From the human T2T-CHM13v2.0 reference genome, Homo sapiens: 64,000 nt of DNA. This document shows, in pieces, positions 52,001 through 64,000 of this stretch (the stretch's first letter is position 1; the number at the start of each line of letters is the position of its first letter). The position numbers and the translations under genes were made by a program. The stretch lies in NCBI RefSeq assembly GCF_009914755.1, contig NC_060928.1. One strand, given 5' to 3'. The notes beneath the pieces are model-generated. The model saw only the letters and a list, made by a program, of their open reading frames with translations, was not told the origin of the DNA and ran no database searches.

Positions 52001-53076
52001 GCCATTGTTTTCCTCTTCAGAAATGAAGTGACTCAATTGTATTTCTTGCCTGTGTTACCTAAGAAAAACAAAACAATTTTACCTCATGTTACTCACATGA
52101 TGGCCAAATCTACCTTCATTTTAAATAAAAATGCAGTGATCACTAATGAAATTTCTCTAAAAACTATAAATATAGGGAATATCTTTGTTCAAAGACACGC
52201 TGAGGATCAACAGCATGTTGGGATGAGAAGGAATAGTTCTCTTTAGTTTCTCAGAGAAGTTCCTTAAAGATCTATTCTAATTCCTTGAAGATACAGATTT
52301 TATCAGGTTTTCATGCCTTTTTTTGGAACAAGTTAAATTTAATGTCACTCAGTACTCTTTAACTCTCTTTTTTCTTCAATCTTTTCTGATTTATCAGTTA
52401 TTTTAGAATATGAATATGAGCTGGGGTTACAAGTGATGTCACATTCTGACTAATTCATCTAGGCTCCATCTGCCTCTTCTTCCTCACTCTTTTTACCACT
52501 TTTTATTTTTCACTACCAATTCTCACATAAATGATCAGCTATGCCTCATGCTCTAGGATGTTCTAAACCACAAGTAGGTGATATTTAAGCATTCAAAGCT
52601 CAGTCTTTAGTGGCTTAATATTCAGTTGTCTTCTCTGTTAGGCCATCTATAATATTGCTTACATTTTTAGTAAATGAGCTTCAGGATGGTTTTCTGTGCA
52701 TGACATTGTTTGGGTTTCATTCTGAGCATGTGGGGAGGCAGGGGGAAGGCTATCCTGACCATTCTTCTGATCTCTTCTGGCCTCCAGGCCAATGACTTTG
52801 GCCATACCCACATCTTAATATGAAAAGTCACCAGTCTGCTTGAGTGTGTGATTTTTACCAGCTGTATTCAACCACTGGGGTAACAAAAAAGAGCAAGCAT
52901 GTGATTACTTTGATGCATGTTTAGAGGAATTGCTGAATGGCCATAACCAGAATGGCAAACAGGTGAGATGATTAAGGATGTTGGTGACAAAGAGATTAAA
53001 ATAATGAATTATTAAATGGAATTGGATTTGGAAAAAAAAAACAGCTAATAAGATTTATAGACTTGGAAAAAATGGA

Positions 53077-53551
53077 TGCACCAGTCAGTTTCCAGTAGAA
53101 AATAGATAGTATTCTTAAAAGAGGTAAAGGTTAAGAATTTATATACTAATATTTGGGCAATCAGTAAAGCATTATTGAGAATTCACAAAGCATGGTAAAG
53201 CTTCCCAGGATTATCAACAGTGGGAGGTTGTTACCTCGCATAAACCTAAAAATTAAGGGAAGGGAAGGAAGTTGGGGTTGGGAGTAGAAGAGAGCAAGTG
53301 AGAGAGCAAAAGAGAGGAGAAAGAGAGAGCGAGAGAGAGGAATGAACAAGAGCATTTTGCACTTTAAGAGAAGTCTACTGACAGGAGAATAAATTTCTTA
53401 AACTCACTCTCTCTTACCCACTGATATCATGTCCATGACTCATTGGCTGAACTCACCCAAACACCAAACATCAGAGTTGCAAGGGGGCACAGAATAGGTG
53501 GCAGAGGAGCAGAGTGTAGATTTGTGTAGAGTACAGAAAATATCTGGTACA
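53077..53551 (-). mobile_element. LTR33 solo LTR
   Basis: caacagtgggaggttgttacc...cattggctgaactca...ggggcacagaataggtgg...aaaatatctggtaca. Confidence 0.65.
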
Positions 53552-53764
53552 AAGTAGAAATCCATTGGTATCATTTTTTTTCTTTTTCTTTTTTTACTGT
53601 AAGGAAGTATGAAAGTTATGGTACATTTTTAAAAAAATGAAGATAGAGATAAACTATTTTAAGCATTTATTAGGTAAGCAGTTTTGAAGAGTGAAAAGTT
53701 CTAGTATTCAATCAAGTGAGTTGGTTGATAAAGTGGAGGAGTGAAGGTCATTGGGCTTGGTCCT

Positions 53765-53880
53765 GAAGGTAGAATGGACTGTTGTAGTTTGCTTGGGACT
53801 GAGGGTTTTCTAGGGATGCAGCACTTCCTGTATGAAAATCAGGAGAGTCTTGGGCAAACCATGACAGTAGGTCAACTTTC
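53765..53880. mobile_element. MER94-type hAT MITE
   Basis: gtttgcttgggactgagggttt...agtcttgggcaaacc, internally palindromic. Confidence 0.7.
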
Positions 53881-54114
53881 TTGAAGGATAAGTGGATATT
53901 TATAGGAATTCCATGCAGGAGAAAAGCATTACCCAAGATATAGCCAGAGATATAGATAATGCAGGTTTGTGTTTTCAGAAGCGAAATTTTAATTTATATG
54001 AATAAGATAAACTGAATAGATCATTAAGAAACATCTAGAGTTTTAAAATACTAAAAAGTTTAATTGGGATTTTGAGAAACAGGATGCTTAAGTGCTGTTT
54101 TCATGTATTTCATG

Positions 54115-57100
54115 TTATTAATCCCTTTTCAGTTGAATCATTTGCAAATATTTTCTCCCATTCTATAGGTTGTCTCTTCCCCTTCACTGATTGTTTCCTT
54201 TGCTGTGCAGAGCTATTTAGCCTGATGTGATACTAATGTGGTTTGGCTGTGTACCCACCCAAATCTCATCTTGAATTGTAACTCCCACAATTCCCATGTG
54301 TCATGGGAAAAACCCAGTGGGAGGTGATTGAATCATGGGGGAGGGTCTTTTCTGTGCTTTTCTTGTGATAGTGAATGAGTCTCATGAGATCTGATGGTTT
54401 TAAAAATGGGAGTTCCCTGCACAAGCTGTCTCTTTGATGCTACCATCCATCTAAGACGTGACTTGCTCCTTCTTGCCTTTCACCTTCTGCCATGATTGTG
54501 AGGCCTCTCCAGCCATGAGCAACTGTAATTCCAATGAGCCTCTTTCTTTAGTAAATTGCCCAGTCTCGGGTATGTCTTTATCAGCAGCGTGAATACGGAC
54601 TAATACAGTAAATTGGTAACAATACAGTGGGAGGTTGCTGAAAAGATACCCGAAAATGTGGAAGTTTCTTTGAAACTGGGTAACACACAGACGTTGGAAC
54701 AGTTTGGAGGGCTCTGAGGAAGACAGGAAAATGTGGGAAAGTGTGTAACTTCCTAGAGACTTGTTGAATGGCTTTGACCAAAATGCTGATAGTGATGTCA
54801 ACAATAAGGTTGAGGCTCAGGTGTTCTCAGATGGAGAGGAGGAACTTGTTGGGAACTGGAGCAAAGCTGACTCTTGTTACGATTTAGCAAAGAGACTGGT
54901 GGTGTTTTGCCCCTGCCTTAGAGATTTGTGGACCTTTGAACTTGAGGGAGATGATTTAGAGTATCTGGCAGAAGAAATGTCTGTGCAGCAAAGCATTCAA
55001 GAGGTGACCTGGGTACTGTTAAAGGCATTGAGTTTTATAAGGGAACAGAGCATAAAAGTTCAGAAACTTTGCAGCCTGACAATGTGACAGAAAATAAAAC
55101 CCCATTTTCTGAGGAGAAATTCAAGCTGGCTGCAGAAATTTGCATAAGTAACAAAGAGCTGAATGTTAATTCCCAAGACAATGGGGAAAATTTCTCCAGG
55201 GCATGTCAGAGATCTTCACAGCAGTCCCTCCCATCACAGGCCCAGAGGCACAGGAGGAAATCATGGTTTCATGGGTCTGGCCCAGGGTCCCTGGGCTGTG
55301 TGCAGCCTAGGGACTTGGTGCCCTGTATCTCAGACACTCCGGCTGGGGCTGAAAGGGGCCAATGTAGAGGTTGGGCTGTGGCTTCAGAGAGTGCAAGCCC
55401 CAAGCCTTGGCAGCTTCCATGTTGTGTTGTGCCTGCAAGTGCACAGAAGTCAAGAATTGGGGTTTGTTAACCTTCATCTAGACTTCAGAAGATGTATGGA
55501 AGTGCCTGGATGCCCAGGCTGAAGTTTGCTGCAGGGGTGGGTGCTCATGGAGAACCTCTGCTAGGGTAGTGCAGAACGGAAATGTGGAGTCAGAGCTTCC
55601 ACACAGAGTCCCTACTGGGGCACTGCCTAGTGGAGCTGTGAGAAGAAGGGCACCATCTTCCAGACCCCAGAATGGTAGATCCACTGACAGATTGCACTGT
55701 GCACCTGGAATAGGTGAAAACACTCAATGCCAGTCCATTAAATCAGCTGGGAGGGAGGCTCTACCCTGTAGAGCCACAGGGGCAGAGCTGCCCAAGACCA
55801 TGGGGACCCACTTCTTGCATCAGTGTGACCCGGATGTGAGACATGGAGTCAAAGGAGATCATTTGGGAGCTGTAAGATTTGACTGCCCTGCTGGATTTCA
55901 GACTTGCATGGACACTGTAACTCCTTTGTTTTGGCCAATTTCTCCCATTTGGAACAGTTCTATTTACCCAATGCCTGTACCCCCATTGTATCTGGGAAGT
56001 AACTAACTTGCTTTTGATTTTAAGGGCTCATAGGTGGAAGGGGCTTGCCTTGTCTCAGATGAGACTTTGGACTGTGGACTTTTGAGTTAATGCTTAAATG
56101 AGTTAATACTGTGGGGGACTGTTGGGAAGGGATGATTGGTTTTGCAATGTGAGAACATGAGATTTGGGAGGGTCCAGGGGCAGAATGATATGGTTTGGCT
56201 GTGTCTCCACCCAAATCTCATCTTGAATTGTAACTCCTACAATTCCCACATGTTATGGGAGGAAGCCGGTGGGAGGTAATTGAATCATGGGGGTGGGTCT
56301 TTCTGGTGATGTTCTCATGATAGTGAATAAGTCTTACAAGATCTGATGGTTTTAAAAATGGGAGTTCCCTGCACAAGCTCTCTCTTTGCCTGCTGCCATC
56401 CATGAAAGATGTGACTTGCTCCTCCTTGCCTTTCACCTTCTGCCATGATCGTGAGGCCTCCCTAGCCACGTGGAACTGTAAGTCTAATAAACCTCTTCGT
56501 TTTGTAAATTTCCCAGTCTCAGGTATGTCTTTATCAGCAGCATGAAAACGGACCAATACAGATATCATTTGTTCATTTTTGCTTTAGTTGCCTATGGCTT
56601 TGACATCTTACTCAATAAATCTTTGCCCAGACCAGTGTCTTGAAGCATTTCTGCAATGTTTTCTTTCAGTCATTTTATAGTTTCAGGTCTTATATTTAGC
56701 TCTTATTTCATTTTAATTTTATTTTGGTATATGGCAAAAGATGAGGGTCCAGTTTCATTCTTCTGCATATGAATATCCAGTTTTCCTAGCACCATTTATT
56801 GAAGAGTCTGTCTTTTCCCCAGTGTATGCTCTTGGTGCCTTTGTTGAAAATGAGCTGCTGTAAATGCATGAATTTATTTTTGTGTTCTCTATCCTGTTTA
56901 ATAGGTCTGTGTTTCTCTTTTTAATGCCAGAACCATGCTGTTTTGTTTATTATAGCTTTGTAGTACAATTTGAAGTCTGGTAATACAATGCTTCCAGTTT
57001 TGCTTTTTACTCTGAATGGCTTTGGGTATTCTGGGTCTTTTGTTCTTCCACATAAATTTTAGGACTTTTTTTTTCTGTTTCTGTGAAGAATGTCACTGGT

Positions 57101-57705
57101 ATTTTGAAAAAATTGCATTGAATCTATAGATTGTATTAGGTAGTATGGACATTTTAACAATATTGATTCTTCCAATTCATGAATATGAATTATCTTTCCA
57201 TTTCCTCTGTCCTTTTTAATTTATTGTGTCAATGTTTTATAGTTTTCATTGTGGAGATCTTTCACTTCTTTGATTAAGTTCATTTTTAAGTATTTTACAT
57301 TTTTTTGTGGCTATTGTAAATGAGATTGCTTTCTTGGTTACTTTTTCAGAAAAAGTTTGCTGTTGTAATATAAAAATGGTACTGATTTTTGTCAGTTGAT
57401 TTTGTATCCTGTAACATTACTGAAATCATTTATCAGTTGTATCGGTTTTTGTGGTGGAGTCTTTGATTTTCCCAAATATAAGATCATATTGTCTGCAAAC
57501 AAGGACAATTTGACTCCTTCCTTTCTAATTGGCATGCTTTTTATTTTTTGTTCTTGTCTAATTGCCATGGGTAGAACTTCTAGTATTATGTTAAATAAAA
57601 TGGTGAAAGTGGGCATTCTTGTCTTGTTCCAGATCTTAGAGGAAAGGCTTTCATTATTTTTCCTGTTAAGTATCATATTAGTTGTGAGTTTCTTATAAAT
57701 GGACT
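54115..57705 (-). mobile_element. L1MA-type ORF2 segment (inverted), split by THE1B
   Basis: Antisense ORF2 at 54115-54233 continues at 56561; ORF 57392-57676 contains KLSLFADNMILYL (RT FADD motif). Confidence 0.85.
54234..56560 (+). mobile_element. Full-length THE1B (LTR 54234-54607, internal 54608-56185, LTR 56186-56560)
   Basis: THE1 termini ggtttggctgtgt...tatcagcagc.tgaa.acggac.aataca; TSD gatac / gatat. Confidence 0.93.
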
Positions 57706-58095
57706 TTATCTTACATGGAAGCTAAAAATTGGTATCATGGAGTTGAAGAGAGTAGAATGATAATTAGCAGAGTCTCACAAGAGTAGTGAAGAGGGGAGGG
57801 TAAAGAGGGGTTGGTTAATGGCTACAAAAATACAGTTAGATAGCAGAAATAAGATCTAATATTTGGTAGCACAATAGGATGACTATAGTTAGCAATAATT
57901 TATTGCATATTTCAAAATAACTAGAGGAGTATATTTGAAATTTTTCTGACACAAAGCTATAATAAATGTTTGAAGTGATGGATGTCCCAATTATCTTGAT
58001 TTGACCATTATAAACTATATCCTTGTATCAAAATTTCACGTGTACCCCATAAATATGTACAACTATTATGTACCCATAAATTAAAAATAATAACA
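57706..58095 (+). mobile_element. L1MA3/4-type 3'UTR in sense orientation
   Basis: ggttggttaatggctacaaaaatacagttagatag...gtaccccataaatatgtacaactattatg plus A-rich tail. Confidence 0.85.
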
Positions 58096-59684
58096 AAGAT
58101 AAATCTAAGACAATAATATGGAATTTCACCAATTTATTGTTTATTTTCTTATGCTATCATTTTCTTAATTTGTAAATAGACACATTAACCTTTTAAGAAC
58201 AGAACAACTACCAAATGTTTTTACATAATATTTTATTGTTGCAAGTATTTACTTGGTGACTATAAAGACCTCTTCCATAAAGAACTCTAGAGCACTAAAT
58301 AAGAACCAATGAGTAGTAGTTTTTAGGAAGTCTCATCATCTTGTGGAATAATAGTAGAACCATTGTGCTGTGTAGATTCATGTCGAAGTGTTTAAACCCC
58401 CTTGTGCATTTTTAAATTGTCAGTAATGTGTTGACAAAAGCATTGGCAGGCCAGTTTGAGCTGAAAGAGACTGAGGCTGAGATTATAGCCTGCAAGCAGA
58501 TGGTGAGGTTGTTCAGCAAGCAAGGAAGGCATATTCCCCAATATCCTCCTCAAAAGTAGTCAAGGTGATTATTAAAAAGAAGATATCTAGGACCTTTTGG
58601 AAAATGGATTTTGTCACCCTATTCAACCCCATCTTTGGACACTAAGAGATTTTCCAAGATGGACATTTGTTAAAAGTATAGGAGAAAAATGTTCTGCTAT
58701 ATACTGTACTCTCCTCAGGGCATTGGCTGCCTACTTTGACTATATTTGCATTTTCGTAACTAAGAGAGACCCTAAAATATTTACCTCTATAATAACAAAA
58801 ATCTGCCCAGAAAAGACTTGCCTATTTACCTATTGCCATAGAAAGTCTTCGAGTTTGCAATTCTCATGTAGTTGTAAACTTTCCTTTGGTGATGTCAAGT
58901 TGGAAATCAACTTGCTTCATTTTTAGCATTGGAAAGTAAAAGTTTCCCCCTCCCCTTTTTTTTGAGTTATCATTTCTTCAATGCCAGTATTGAAGACTAG
59001 TTTCCCATTGCACTTAATATTACACCAGGTATTTCTGTATTAAAATGTGTGAACCAATGTTTACTTAGAATTTTCCCACTCTTTCTTTTTATCTTTTAAT
59101 GCTATAGAGTATAGTAAATTGTAAAGTTGTAGCACTGAATAGATTTGGTTGTTGAATCTCAATCCATAAAATGAAGTATTTCTATACTGTTTTAAACATT
59201 AAACTACAGCTTAAAAATTACTCTTTGTTGATTTCTTTAAAATTTAAAGGATTTAATATGAAATCCTCTCCAAGAAAGATTTTTTTTTAATATTCCAAAG
59301 CTCATGTATCCAAATGTACAGTGGGAGGTAACCCCAATAAATGTAATGGTGGAGAGAAAATAGCTCTCTTGCTTGGTAAAAGAAAAATAATAACTGAATC
59401 ACTTGATATGGTAATATGTGGATGAGGGATAAGATTTATTCTTTTAGCTTCAAATGTCAGAATGAAGAAAAATGGGCAGGTATCTTAGGGAGGCAAATTC
59501 AATAGAATGAACCATGGTTTTATGTAGACCCTGAATGATCCTAAGTGGCAGATATTGCAGACTCTTACACAGAATGGGAGTTGAACAGTTTGTATGCTAA
59601 GGTATTCTCCAAATTAAAAACTAAGATTTCACAAATTTCAAAATTTGAGAAAGGTGTAAACTTGATCCAGATATGTCTCAGATC

Positions 59685-59893
59685 TTTTTTTTTTTTTTTG
59701 AGACAGAGTCTCGCTCTGTCGCCCAGGCTGGAATGCAGTGGTACGATCTCGGCTCACTGCAAGCTCTGCCTCCCAGGTTCACACCATTCTCCTGCCTCAG
59801 TCTCCTGAGTAGCTGGGACTACAGGCACCCGCCACCACGCCCGGGTAATTTTTTGTATTTTTAGTAGAGATGGGATTTCACCGTGTTAGCCAG
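59685..59893 (-). mobile_element. AluY, 5'-truncated
   Basis: gcaagctctgcctcccaggttcacaccattct; TSD core cagatc on both sides. Confidence 0.92.
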
Positions 59894-62282
59894 CCAGATC
59901 CTTTTTAAACTACCTTTTTACTTAGAATAATCTTTAGAACCATTTTTTTCTTCCATGAGAAAATTGTTATTTATCGTAAAAAATTATTTCTTGATTTTCA
60001 GTCTTTCTTCTTGTATGCATACCTTTCAATTTCTTTTAAACTTATGTCTTCTTCTTTTACCTCGTGATGCACATTAATTTATAGTACTTAGGAGATCTCT
60101 GAGAAAACAATCTGGATTATCACACAGTTTCTGTGCTGGTGCCGGCTGTAGTAAGAATCTTTGGGGGAAAATGACTGTGATGTAGATAAAGATTCAAATA
60201 GAAGCTTATAAGAAGTACATTAGAATAAATACGGCTCATGTTATGTAAGAACAGACTGAGCATTATAAAAACTAATTATGTAAGATTTATACTCTTTAAA
60301 TCTTAGGATTACTATGACCTATTTTCATTGCTAAAAAAATGGAAAAAAACCCAGAATTCCTAATAATTTGAAAGTACAGCTATGAGTAGATGGCAATATT
60401 ATAACCAAAAAGTTGACCGTAATTTAAAGTCTTTAATGTTAAATTAATTTAAGTCTTTTATTTCACAGAAAATTCTTTAAATACTAATGTGAACTCTAGA
60501 ATGGATAATAAAGCCACATCCCCTTAAAACACACAAATATTTTCTTATATCAACCTTCTTTTATATAGTAGAGAGGAGTGACCTCATGAGATGGGACACA
60601 AGACAACCATACTATATGCAGCAAGAGTAGAGGAGAGAGAGTCCAGAGGGCAGAACCCCAAGGGTTGCAAACATATAGGCCAAAGAGATCCTTGGTAGCT
60701 GAGGAAGAGCATAAAGACATTGAATTGCTAGTAGGAAGAGAGGAACCCAATGGAAATAGATGTGAGGGAGCACTCTGACAGAAGACAACCTAAACTGGTA
60801 AAACAGCTTAAAATTTATGCTAGAAAACTTTGGAAATTTTAGATCTGGTATTATCTCTGGCAAATTTTTTAGGCTATGTACGCATCCTTCTCTTTACCCA
60901 TACACCAGAAAAAACTCTACTTCACAATGGTTAGTATTTAGATAGAATGGTATACGTGAAAGCATACTATATACTTCTAAGGGTTATGCATGCATTATCA
61001 AATTATATTGATGATGATTGTCTTAAGATTTTATCTGAGATCTGAATCATATACAAAACAATTAACTGAGAATTAAAGCTAATTATACTGCTGAATATTT
61101 GAGGGCAACATCAGTTTCTCCTAAGAAAAACCTCTGGATTATTTTACCAACTAGTTCTGGCAATCTTAGCTACATGAGCAATCTGATTCTACTGTAACCT
61201 GGAATTTGGGCAGAAGTTCTGGCTAGAGGATTAACATAGGGAAAGCAAAGAGTAAGCAATTTGTTAATGATAGCACAGCTGAATATCAGACTGTTTCGAC
61301 ATCCCAATGTTTTCCTGATTCTTCAGGCTCACCATCCCACTCCCTATTTGCTTGGCGTTTTTACAGTTGTCTGATCAGAGGATAAATAAATGTTAGCTCA
61401 CAATGGAGATCTGGTGACCTCAAGGATTGTGTGGTAGATTGCAATTACCGTACAATCTGGGGACTTGTGAATTGCTTTCAACATAATCATCATGGTTTTC
61501 CACCAAAACTTTTTGTTCTTAATTTTACTTTCTAAACTTCTCACCCAGTCTTGAAAGTTTAAGAAAATCTATCCTTATTTTAAGGTATGTGTTATTTCTA
61601 TTTAACATTGGTTACACTTCACCGTATATGCAATTAATGCCTGTGTGTGTGCATGTACATTAGATATCCTGTTTTAAATGCCTTAATTACTAAAAAAAAA
61701 AAAAAACCCTAGCATATGCCCAAAATAATAAAAGTTTCATAATTCTAAATATGTTTGACCCTTTCATAACTTCTGAAAATGTTTCTTTCTATGAGTGTCA
61801 CAAAATTACAGACATTTGTACAAATTGTCTGTAATATCAAATTGTCTGGGTATATCAACTTCTACTGACTATTTGAAGAGAGTATAAAAACAAAAATCAG
61901 AAATTTTATGTTCCAGAAAGCTATCTTCTTGTCAGCATATGTTGTCTCATGTGTTGATGTTAATAATATTAAATTACAAGGTGCATTTTTCATCTTCAAC
62001 TAGAGACATTTCCTACTGAATTTCTGTAAAAATTATTTAAAAAGCTCTTAAACCAGATTTATATGTGGGTTGAAAATTGTAGAGGTGTTTAGAAGAGCTG
62101 CTGTTTTTGGTGATTGCGATGAACAGTTTTCTACACCAATGATTGAGAATTAATTTACTATCCTGTGTCCTCACAATGTAATGATTCAAAATATCTACTT
62201 GATTAGAGAGACTTTTACACCCAAGAAACAAACTAACCTGTCCTGTTAGCTATGGGATGATATTCTGTCACTGATCTTATTT

Positions 62283-62640
62283 CTAGTAGAATGGTTAAGA
62301 GCAAGGGCTCTAGATCCAGAGTGCTCAGGTTTGAATCCAACTCTGCCGTTTTTTTGCACTGGGCTGCGAGTTGGCTGATATACACCAGGATGGTTCTCTC
62401 TCCGTTGTGATTGTTTGTGCCTCTGCTGTTATTCCATAGTTTGAATGTCATCTCTGTACCACTGTATAATACCACTGTATAACCTTGGTTAAGTAACTTC
62501 TTTCACTTATGTCTTCATTTTCTTAACTGAAGGATAAAATTGGTATATATCTCATTGCGCTATTGTGAGGATAAAATTTATAAATACCTATAGAGAGTTT
62601 TAAAAGCTCCTGTCACAGAGTGAGTGCTTAATAATGCTTT
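62283..62640 (+). mobile_element. MIR interrupted by an unidentified insert (62348-62451)
   Basis: aatggttaagagcaagggctct...ggtttgaatccaactctgcc, then resumes ctgtataaccttggttaagtaact. Confidence 0.8.
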
Positions 62641-62876
62641 CATTATTTTTTCTCTCCTGCTGGCTCCTTCTCTATCTCTGTTTCTGCCTCTCACTTTCTC
62701 TTTGTTCTTTCTGAAATTATGCTCTCATGATTGTAAATGTAAGGAAAAAAGGTGAGACAGGAGAAAAACAAAGAAAGTAGGGATACTAGCTAGGAGGTTA
62801 TTTCAACTGCCTGTTCATGAGGTAAAAAGGAAGGGCTTTATCTAACATAGCTGAGAGTGGAAAGCAAGGGCTAATT

Positions 62877-63097
62877 GTAACAGCTGACATTTATTGAGCC
62901 TTTACGACGTGCTGGGCACTGTTTTAAGTGGTATCCCAAATTCATTCTGCCACAGATATTTTCTCTAGGTACATTTATCAACAAGCCAAGGACTCTAGAA
63001 TTTAGTGAAGTTAAATAACTTGACATCTAATCAGGGACAGACTTGGAATTTTAATCTGGGTCTTTGAAAGTACAAAACCTATGCCCTTAACTACTAT
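62877..63097 (-). mobile_element. MIR
   Basis: taacagctgacatttattgagc...gtgctgggcactgttttaag...gaagttaaataacttg. Confidence 0.8.
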
Positions 63098-64000
63098 TTA
63101 TTGCTTCTCTGCAGGGAATATTTGTATCCAGGCATTGCATCTGAATGAATCAAAGGAACCCAGTCAATATGGCTTGAGTTACTCAAAAAAGCTGTTAGAA
63201 GATTGCATTTTAATTTTTTGGCTCATTGTTTTGATAGTCAGGAAGAAGGCTTTCATCAGAAGTTGCTTTCCTTTTGATTTTTGAACACAAGAGTTTTCTT
63301 ATGGACAACAGAACACCAGTGAAAAAGGAGGACTCGTTAGCCTTATCTCTGTAAATGGGTTCAACCACTAGCTATCTGGAGCTGCCCCATACTATTTTAT
63401 TTGGGCACAAGATGGTAAATAGCAAAACTGCCCTTTAAAAATAAGTCCTTTCCCCATAACTCTTTTTCATCCTTGCTGTGTCCTGGTCACCAGTATCTGA
63501 GGAAATTAAATAAAGTTTGCTTTCTTTTGCTCTGAAGGAGAAGCAATGAAAAATTCTTTTTATAAATGATCCCCTTCTTTGCACAAATGAAATATCACTT
63601 CTTAACATAATTTGCAGCAACTCTTACTATTTATTCCCCTGAATTCACACATTAGTTAAATCAGTCATGGAATGCACACATGAGAAGCTGATGATAAACT
63701 AGAATTTTGGTTGATCCAATTTTTCTTGCTTAAAAATATTAGAATGAGAATGAGTTTGGGAGACAAATGTCTCTAAATAGGATTTCTATTTATATGTACC
63801 ATATACCATACTATACTCAAGGATTTAAGAGGAAAACCCAAAATCTAGTTACACTGTCAAGCATAGACATTACACATATATATAAATACATATTTTTATA
63901 TATACAGTTCGTCCATGTAAATTAAGGACACTTACTCCACTTCACTGTGCACTTGCCAAAATTGCCTATTGTAGTCCTCTGAGATCCTCTTGTCTCTCTA

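Noticed and set aside
54761-56006. Cluster of 108-145 aa ORFs, similar to those at 865-1815
   Set aside because: Frameshifted remnants of the MaLR internal ORF shared by THE1 and MST elements

Overview
Human (primate-repeat-rich, AT-rich) intergenic or deep-intronic DNA. I could not identify a protein-coding exon, RNA gene or CpG island. Human origin is indicated by a very young AluYb8 fragment at 43162-43298. Most of the window is nested transposon fossils: full-length MSTA (26-2776) and THE1B (54234-56560) MaLR elements; an ancient LTR16A/ERVL provirus remnant (4615-8626); a full-length antisense L1PA10-like LINE with a tandemly repeated 5'UTR (11765-18705); a complete LTR2-flanked Harlequin mosaic provirus with TSD, tRNA-Glu PBS and PPT (23349-31680) carrying three stacked L1/L1/Alu insertions; solo LTRs, HAL1, L2, MIR, Alu and DNA-transposon remnants. 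The recognisable ORFs in the track are decayed retroelement fragments; the rest look like chance ORFs. I do not see a new multi-gene system. The best leads are an orphan ~105-bp insert in a MIR, the stacked insertion site, the likely polymorphic AluYb8, an unexplained hairpin and template-switch scars. Subfamily names come from recalled consensus sequences, not from a RepeatMasker/Dfam run.
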